This document shows positions 58,147 to 64,000 of a stretch of DNA of 64,000 bases, one piece after another. Position 1 is the stretch's first letter, and each line of letters starts with the position of its first letter. The stretch lies in the sequence record OR892555.1; one strand, given 5' to 3'. The stretch comes from Escherichia phage EP1. A program made the position numbers and the translations under genes. The notes under the pieces were generated by a model that saw only the letters and a list, made by a program, of their open reading frames with translations, had not been told where the DNA came from and did not search any database.

Positions 58147-58826
58147 AGAGTCTTATGGGACACCTTCGCAGGATGAATTGGACGAACTTGAAAGATACGG
58201 TTCTCCTTCGGAAGAAGAAAAAGATTCAATCTGATGAATGGTCAAAACTTACTAAGAAGTGTTTTCAGGATTTGATAGATATGGAAAAACAATTTGAGTT
58301 AGAGAGAAAGTACTTGGTACTGAGTTTGGAAGATATTGATAACTATCTTTCACCAGAATGCAGAGACCAGCTTCAACAAATTGTAATGTCACTGAGGCAT
58401 TCAAGAGAACTTGTAGATGGTAAAGAGCCACTTGAAGGTATCTTTGTTAAGAACTCTTATCCGTTCTATAAAGATACTTTGCAGAAACTTGAAATGTACG
58501 TTAAACAGCAGAACCGTAAAGAGTTCACTATGGTTTCTCTTGGTGGACAACAAATGCTTGTTATGGAGGATATCAATCCTAAACGAGTTAACAGAGGTGT
58601 TTGTATCAAGGTCACAGGTAAAGAAGAATTTGTTGATTATGACATACTCAGACATATTATAGATGGTTTGGGTGCTGTACTGAACATGAATGAATACCAT
58701 ATTAGTTCACACCCAATTAAGGGTGACCAGATAATGATTCAGGTAAGAGAACGTCATAATGGGTTCACACACTTCTTCCAGACTTCTAAAACTTCATTGC
58801 AAGCTATGCTTAGTGAAGTGATGTAA
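58143..58826 (+). CDS. hypothetical protein (227 aa)
   Basis: ORF track; last gene of the plus-strand block. Confidence 0.4.
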   Translation: MKSLMGHLRRMNWTNLKDTVLLRKKKKIQSDEWSKLTKKCFQDLIDMEKQFELERKYLVLSLEDIDNYLSPECRDQLQQIVMSLRHSRELVDGKEPLEGIFVKNSYPFYKDTLQKLEMYVKQQNRKEFTMVSLGGQQMLVMEDINPKRVNRGVCIKVTGKEEFVDYDILRHIIDGLGAVLNMNEYHISSHPIKGDQIMIQVRERHNGFTHFFQTSKTSLQAMLSEVM

Positions 58827-58833
58827 AACTCTA

Positions 58834-58882
58834 CAGCCCCTTAAAATGGATTCGATAGAATCTATCTCATAGGGGCTTTTTA
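58834..58882 (+). terminator. rho-independent terminator with large structured loop
   Basis: AGCCCCT (58834-58840) pairs with AGGGGCT (58870-58876) then TTTTT; loop holds GATTCGATAGAATCTATC. Confidence 0.5.
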
Positions 58883-60420
58883 TTGAGTAAAATAATTTTT
58901 ATAAAATTTGGGATTCACTACGTTCATCTTGGGTCACCATATCATGTGATAAAATATCTACCCCTCTTAACAGTCTACTTAATCTTACTCTCTATATAGT
59001 TATATAGTACTATATAGTATCTTAGTCTCTTAACAGTGAGTCTCTATAGCACTCTGTATAGCCCTTCTAAATAGCCCTCTATAAAGCCCTCTAATCAATC
59101 CTCTTCCAAACCTATACAATCCCTTAACCATCTCTTCATAGCTCCTTAGAAGCCCCTATACCCATCTTAATCTCTAGGTAAAAGATAGTACCCTCTATAG
59201 GGTGTTCACTAGGTTCTACTAACCCTCTATATAGACTGTTTTAGCTAACTAAACAGGTATTACCTTCTAAGGCTTATCCTACAAGGTCTAACACGGTACT
59301 AACAAGGTATCTTATAAGCCTGTATTTACCTGTTTTATACAGAATACTATATAGATATTTATGCAACTATTAAAATTTTTATAAAATAGAACTGTCAAGT
59401 CACTTTTTAGGGTCTTGAGAGCAACTCAAAAATATCTGTCTAGGGTGTATATCTGCTTGGTAGCCCTTAACAGCCTTGTAACATACCCTTTGCAAAATTT
59501 TAAAATATCATTAACAATTTCTTTACAACTCTATCAATCTCTTAACATCTCTTCAAAGGTCTTAACAGATTCTTAACAGGACTAACAAGGGTGTAACAAG
59601 TCTCTAACAAGTGCTACATAGACTTTACAGATTCTTAACAGATGACTAACAAGAGCTAACAAGTTAATTTTAAAGGGTTATTTTGTTAAGATAATTAACA
59701 AGTTCCTAACAAGGCTTTAAAGCTTTTAACATACTGTTAACATGGTCACTATCTCTTCTCTTATCGTTCCCTTAACTTCTTAGTGATTCTCTAAACATCC
59801 TCTTAAAAGCTCTCTATAGCTCTATACAGCCTCTTTTAAGCCCCTTGTAAGGTATCTATAGCCCAAGTAACTACAAAGGGCTTTATAGGGCTTTACAGAG
59901 GCTTTAAAGGGTATGCCAAGTTAGCTAACAAGAGTTTAACAAGGTCTTAACAATGATTTAACATACCCCTAACAAGGGTAACTATTCAGGAGTTGTTAAG
60001 AATTTGTTAAGAAAATGTTAAGGGGGCTAGCATTTACGTAACTTTTAAGCCACTTTTAAGCAACTTTATAGCCCCTATAACATACTTTTAAGACACTAAC
60101 AAGCCCTTTTTAGTAGTTCACAAGGTGACTAACGAGATGATAAAGCTTGATACCTTATAAGATTCTTTTAAGGCCATAGAAAGCTCTATAAAGGGCTTTT
60201 AAGAGTGGGTTAATATGATTGCTTAAGTTAGGTTGATAAGCTGTTATAGGGCTTTATAGAGCGTTTTAGAGGGTTGCCCTTCCCTTTGGGTTATGGGCTT
60301 ATATTTTAGGGAAAGAATAGTTGATTTGATAAGAGAATATAGAGTAAGCTATAGAGTTATTGTTCTAAATGTATGAGATAGATTCTATCGAATCTGTGAT
60401 ATGAGTCTGTATAGACGTAA
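58883..60420. repeat. ORF-free region of degenerate short repeats (CTAACAAG, CTTAACAG, CTCTATAG, GGCTTTATAG)
   Basis: No ORF of 60 aa or more in any frame across about 1.6 kb; stop-containing 8-10 bp motifs recur dozens of times. Confidence 0.55.
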
Positions 60421-60496
60421 AAAAGCCCCTATGCGATAGATTCTATGAAGGTAATTCATTACCTAAATCACTATCGAATCCATAGAAAGGGGCTGT
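60421..60496 (-). terminator. rho-independent terminator, mirror image of the 58834 terminator
   Basis: AGCCCCT (60424-60430) pairs with AGGGGCT (60488-60494); U-run on minus strand (plus-strand AAAA at 60421-60424); loop holds GATAGATTCTATG and CTATCGAATC. Confidence 0.45.
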
Positions 60497-60537
60497 TAAG
60501 GTATCTGGGGCTATTTTAGCCCCGTTGCGGCGTCTCG

Positions 60538-60786
60538 TTAGTTATGACCGTCCTTGTCATAGTAAAGAGAAATGATTTTATCGTTCCAATAGTGCCAATG
60601 ATTACCATCTTTCACCGCCTCTTGGATAGCTGCAATCCAAAAATCCGATTCAGGGTTATAATCCTTGACAATCTGGCTAACAAGGCTTTTCACCATATCA
60701 AAAGCACTATCTGTACTGATAATGTCAAATTTAACGTCCAGTGAGTAAAAACCATATTCGTTAACAGTTGCGCGGATAGTTGCCAT
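60538..60786 (-). CDS. hypothetical protein (82 aa)
   Basis: ORF track; preceded by conserved leader. Confidence 0.4.
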   Translation of the reverse strand: MATIRATVNEYGFYSLDVKFDIISTDSAFDMVKSLVSQIVKDYNPESDFWIAAIQEAVKDGNHWHYWNDKIISLYYDKDGHN

Positions 60787-60806
60787 TTTTGAACCTCCAG
60801 TTTAGG
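60787..60806 (-). promoter_or_regulatory. conserved leader CCTAAACTGGAG upstream of start codon (copy 1)
   Basis: Minus strand TTTCCTAAACTGGAGGTTCAAAAATG; upstream hairpin GGGGAGGG/CCTTCCCC. Confidence 0.5.
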
Positions 60807-60845
60807 AAAGTGGGGAAGGTCAATCCCTCCCCGTTGATTAGTAAT

Positions 60846-61109
60846 TTACTGCATATTGGCGTATGTTGCAAGCCTTTTTTCGTTGTATTTTGTCAGAATC
60901 TCACAAGACAAAACATCATATTTAGTAATGGCGTTGCTTTTGTCAAGGTCAAAAAAGCTAAACACTTTACCATCTTTGAATCCTACAACTTCATAAGACT
61001 CTTTGATGAGTTCACCGCTAAACATATCACTTTCGACACGGTGAAACAAGGATACATCTTCTTTATCAGTTGCAATCTGTAAAAGTGTGGTTAATTCTAC
61101 ATGTTCCAT
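60846..61109 (-). CDS. hypothetical protein (87 aa)
   Basis: ORF track; conserved leader. Confidence 0.4.
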   Translation of the reverse strand: MEHVELTTLLQIATDKEDVSLFHRVESDMFSGELIKESYEVVGFKDGKVFSFFDLDKSNAITKYDVLSCEILTKYNEKRLATYANMQ

Positions 61110-61131
61110 CTTGATTTCTCCAGTTTAGGAT
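61110..61131 (-). promoter_or_regulatory. conserved leader CCTAAACTGGAG (copy 2)
   Basis: Minus strand ATAATCCTAAACTGGAGAAATCAAGATG; preceded by hairpin GGGGAAG-aaatca-CTTCCCC (61135-61154). Confidence 0.5.
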
Positions 61132-61166
61132 TATGGGGAAGTGATTTCTTCCCCTTGATAGACACT

Positions 61167-61694
61167 TTAAAGATTCGCTATCGTTTCGTCAAGTGAATTT
61201 TCTAAGTTTTTTAAAGATTGTTCGTAAAGTCTAATCCCTCTAGTTAATGCCTCCCCCAACGTAATTTTAAATTTAGTTGTTGGATAGTCACTTGTAAAGA
61301 GATTTTCAACTTCATAGAGTGGGTGTTGTTGGTTACCCGTTCCCATAGCATACATCCCTGTATAGTGGATTGCAATAAAAAGATTATGAGACTTTATAGA
61401 GCGTTCATAGGCCATTTTGTAGCGGTTTAGCTCGTTTTTAGTCGCCTTGATAGCCATTTCATGAATCTCTGCGACGATAGCCATATAATCCGGCAGAATC
61501 ATTGCAACAGCTTTCATAAAGTTGTCAGCGGTCATAATTTTCTGATTTGGGCGATGGATGTAATACTTTTTATCTTCCCCTTTCGTGATGACTGCAAAAG
61601 TTTTATCTTTCAGGGTGAATTCAAAGGTATCTTTGACAGGTTTTTTCATTACATCTTTTGAGCGAATAGTGTTGATTGCTGTAAACTTGTTCAT
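61167..61694 (-). CDS. hypothetical protein (175 aa)
   Basis: ORF track; conserved leader. Confidence 0.4.
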   Translation of the reverse strand: MNKFTAINTIRSKDVMKKPVKDTFEFTLKDKTFAVITKGEDKKYYIHRPNQKIMTADNFMKAVAMILPDYMAIVAEIHEMAIKATKNELNRYKMAYERSIKSHNLFIAIHYTGMYAMGTGNQQHPLYEVENLFTSDYPTTKFKITLGEALTRGIRLYEQSLKNLENSLDETIANL

Positions 61695-61716
61695 CTTTGA
61701 TTCTCCAGTTTAGGAA
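61695..61716 (-). promoter_or_regulatory. conserved leader CCTAAACTGGAG (copy 3)
   Basis: Minus strand TACTTCCTAAACTGGAGAATCAAAGATG. Confidence 0.5.
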
Positions 61717-61896
61717 GTAAGCTTGATTGCTTGATAGATACTATAGGGCTTTTAGAAAGTGATTGCAAGCCCTTTTTAGTCTTATCTATAAAGAATCTTT
61801 TAAGTGATTCCTTTTAGATAAAACCCCCTCGAACAAATGTACTATTGTCAAGGGGTATCGTCAAGTAATTTTTGAAAGTTTTTTGTAAGTTGTTGA

Positions 61897-62238
61897 TTAG
61901 CTTATAAAGATTTTTTCAGGCTTGACGTAGTTCATTTTTTGGCCTTTAAGTAAATCACTCCAGATTAAAGCGGCAATGTGACCATAACCAAATTCACGTA
62001 GTGCTTTCATCGTGTTGACTTTTGTTTCAAATCGTGTTGCGTAGTATTCACTGTTAAGGGTTGTTTTGTTCCCTTCATTGTCTGTATGAATGATTTGCAT
62101 CACATGAAACGGGCTAACATCCTCTCCGCGATTCCATTGCTCAAAGTATTTTAAACACTGCATAGGCGACATATTATCACTTACTCGTGTAGACCATGAC
62201 GAATTTTCTTTATCGGTAATTACGGTTACATGTGCCAT
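61897..62238 (-). CDS. hypothetical protein (113 aa)
   Basis: ORF track; conserved leader. Confidence 0.4.
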   Translation of the reverse strand: MAHVTVITDKENSSWSTRVSDNMSPMQCLKYFEQWNRGEDVSPFHVMQIIHTDNEGNKTTLNSEYYATRFETKVNTMKALREFGYGHIAALIWSDLLKGQKMNYVKPEKIFIS

Positions 62239-62260
62239 CTTTGAATCTCCAGTTTAGGAA
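62239..62260 (-). promoter_or_regulatory. conserved leader CCTAAACTGGAG (copy 4)
   Basis: Minus strand AGCTTTCCTAAACTGGAGATTCAAAGATG; upstream GCCCCAGATAAAGAG box shared with copy 6. Confidence 0.5.
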
Positions 62261-62314
62261 AGCTCTTTATCTGGGGCTTATGGTATCAAGCTTTTAAGCC
62301 CCTTGTAAAGTACT

Positions 62315-62551
62315 TTATTTGTAAATCTCTAAAAATTCATCTTCATTAACATTTTCGTAGTATTCTGCGTTTTCGTCTTCACCTTGTAAGACATAACAGC
62401 CCATTCTAGACGATTTCGGGTATTCTTGTCTAGCAATATTGCAAGCTTCTACCGCGTTTTGTTTAGTTCCTTCAAAGGATTCTAAAACCCCATAATGGCA
62501 ATTATTAGCCCCAGAGCATACAGCAAGCATGAGATAGATTGTAGTTAACAT
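62315..62551 (-). CDS. small protein with signal-peptide-like N-terminus (78 aa)
   Basis: MLTTIYLMLAVCSGANNC hydrophobic N-terminus; lacks the conserved leader, has a GC hairpin upstream instead. Confidence 0.4.
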   Translation of the reverse strand: MLTTIYLMLAVCSGANNCHYGVLESFEGTKQNAVEACNIARQEYPKSSRMGCYVLQGEDENAEYYENVNEDEFLEIYK

Positions 62552-62614
62552 GATTTAAGCCCCTTGCAAGCCCCTATGCGGGGCTTTTTAATGTTGTTAG
62601 TGTGATTGTATGGT

Positions 62615-63172
62615 TTACGCTAAAACGTCGTTTACAGTGCTTTCTGTTAAGCTTTCCTGCATTGCGTCTAGCATGTTGCAATAGATAATTGAACTATCAT
62701 CAGTATTTTGAATAAGGCTTGCAACTTCTTCAAGTTTTTCATCAACATAGCCTAAATTTGGATTTTTTAAGTTAGGTACAAAAAACGGTGAATACATAGC
62801 GTTAAATTCTGTGATGTAAACCTTTTTAATCCAATCTTTATCAAAAGATTCTGTAAAGCTTGCGATATCACTCATATTTTCACAAGACCAATCATCTTGC
62901 AATTCATATTCTGGAATGTCAAGTTCTAAGATAACAATATTTTGAGTTTTCATCTGAAAAGCTGCTGTGATTGTAGCACTATCAAGAGCATTGCGTAAAC
63001 CTTCATTAGTAATTTCTTCAGCATTCATAGAATCAAGGTCATAGAATTTATTAACAGGGTAAACGTAAAAACAACCATCACTATCAGAGCAATTCCAAGC
63101 GCCTGATGGTTTATCACCGCCATTGATGAGGTTTACAAAGTTTTCTTGAGTAGTACCGTGAAAGCATTTCAT
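62615..63172 (-). CDS. hypothetical acidic protein (185 aa)
   Basis: ORF track; conserved leader. Confidence 0.4.
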   Translation of the reverse strand: MKCFHGTTQENFVNLINGGDKPSGAWNCSDSDGCFYVYPVNKFYDLDSMNAEEITNEGLRNALDSATITAAFQMKTQNIVILELDIPEYELQDDWSCENMSDIASFTESFDKDWIKKVYITEFNAMYSPFFVPNLKNPNLGYVDEKLEEVASLIQNTDDSSIIYCNMLDAMQESLTESTVNDVLA

Positions 63173-63193
63173 TTTGAATCTCCAGTTTAGGAA
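63173..63193 (-). promoter_or_regulatory. conserved leader CCTAAACTGGAG (copy 5)
   Basis: Minus strand CCACTTCCTAAACTGGAGATTCAAAATG. Confidence 0.5.
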
Positions 63194-63257
63194 GTGGGCT
63201 TGCTTGCCCGTCTGATAAGTAATTTAAGCTATTTAAAAACCAGTGTCAATAGATTTT

Positions 63258-63662
63258 TTAAAGTTCTGCGTAAATTGCATCACAGATATCACGAAAATCA
63301 TAGCTTGTTAAGTTACGTTGTAACCATGTTGCGAAAAAATCAGCTATTGCAAAATTTGCATCATACTCAACAGACAACCACACTTTTACAGCAAATCGAA
63401 ACATTTTCAAGTCAAGTTCTTTATTCATTACTTTTGATTTGCCCAACATATCAACCATTTCATATTGTGCTCCGTCAAGTGTAACACCTGAAGCAACATT
63501 TGCAAGTGAATTTTTTACGTTTTCAACGTCTAAGATTGCACCTTGAATCTTTCCAATAATGTTGTGTAGTGTTTCATCTGGTGCTGCTGATGTAATTACG
63601 TTGATGCGGTTAACGGTCAAACGTGCTTTTAGGATTGCAGTGTCGCGATTGTTAATAGCCAT
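63258..63662 (-). CDS. hypothetical protein (134 aa)
   Basis: ORF track; conserved leader. Confidence 0.4.
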   Translation of the reverse strand: MAINNRDTAILKARLTVNRINVITSAAPDETLHNIIGKIQGAILDVENVKNSLANVASGVTLDGAQYEMVDMLGKSKVMNKELDLKMFRFAVKVWLSVEYDANFAIADFFATWLQRNLTSYDFRDICDAIYAEL

Positions 63663-63682
63663 TTTTGAATCTCCAGTTTAGG
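63663..63682 (-). promoter_or_regulatory. conserved leader CCTAAACTGGAG (copy 6)
   Basis: Minus strand CACTAACCTAAACTGGAGATTCAAAAATG; upstream GCCCCAGATAAAGAG box. Confidence 0.5.
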
Positions 63683-63837
63683 TTAGTGATAAAATCTCTT
63701 TATCTGGGGCTATACTAGCAAACTTTATAACCCCATGTAAAGCAATTTTTAGACTAAATTTAACTTTTTACCGTTAACAATGATGTAACTTACACCACTA
63801 TTGCTGTAAACATCTTGATAGATTCTGCGTAACTTGC

Positions 63838-64000
63838 CTAAATAGCGTACTTTCCAAGAGGTAGGAATCTTTTTACCGTATCCGGTGGATGTTTTCTGTA
63901 AACCTGCTAATTGCCATTCTAAAATGTGCTGTTCTGCTGTTAACTCTTCAAAGTTTAATACGCCGTCTACATAGTGCTTTAAAGTGACGTTTAAAGTACG
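63838..64000 (-). CDS. hypothetical protein, C-terminal part (gene starts beyond window end)
   Basis: Open minus-strand frame from the window edge to TAG at 63838-63840 (ends ...TSWKVRYAI); not in ORF track because no start lies in the window. Confidence 0.3.

Noticed and set aside
58883-60420. Possible CRISPR array in the repeat-rich non-coding region
   Set aside because: The repeats are short (8-10 bp), degenerate and irregularly spaced, with no regular repeat-spacer periodicity or palindromic repeat units; no cas genes in the window.

Overview
This window is a dense, AT-rich stretch of a virulent tailed-phage genome with contractile-tail (myovirus) structural genes; no host genes are evident. 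Layout: (1) 1-9136, minus strand: nucleotide metabolism and replication genes (truncated nrdA-like ATP-cone start, MazG-like/glutaredoxin-like fusion, GIY-YIG endonuclease, RNase H/FEN-like 5'-3' exonuclease, putative SSB with acidic tail, primase-helicase, dNMP kinase-like protein). (2) 9394-19012, plus strand: family A DNA polymerase followed by an HNH-AP2 endonuclease, ATP-dependent DNA ligase, small early proteins, an HTH regulator, DHFR and thymidylate synthase. (3) 19052-43037, minus strand: a complete virion module (two His-rich tail fibers, baseplate, tape measure with a chaperone frameshift site, tube, sheath, neck, lambda-like E/D/C head genes, portal, large terminase). (4) 43196-48773, minus strand: an array of about 27 tRNA genes interrupted by two protein genes, an HNH endonuclease, repeated hairpin spacer modules and tRNA-like elements. 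(5) 48941-50356, directly upstream of the tRNA array on the same strand: a Ro60-like (TROVE/vWA-type) protein. This pairing with tRNA-like RNAs is my top candidate for an undescribed system (a phage Ro60/Y-RNA-like module). (6) 51199-58826, plus strand: small genes including a GH24 endolysin and an Ig-like tandem paralog pair. (7) 58827-60537: about 1.6 kb with no ORF in any frame, built from degenerate short motifs and bounded by mirrored terminators. (8) 60538-64000, minus strand: small genes, six of which are preceded by an invariant CCTAAACTGGAG leader. All calls are from reading the sequence and ORF track by eye; no searches or folding were run. tRNA boundaries are approximate (about +/-3 nt) and several isotypes are tentative. 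Similarity to Felix O1-like myoviruses is an impression only.
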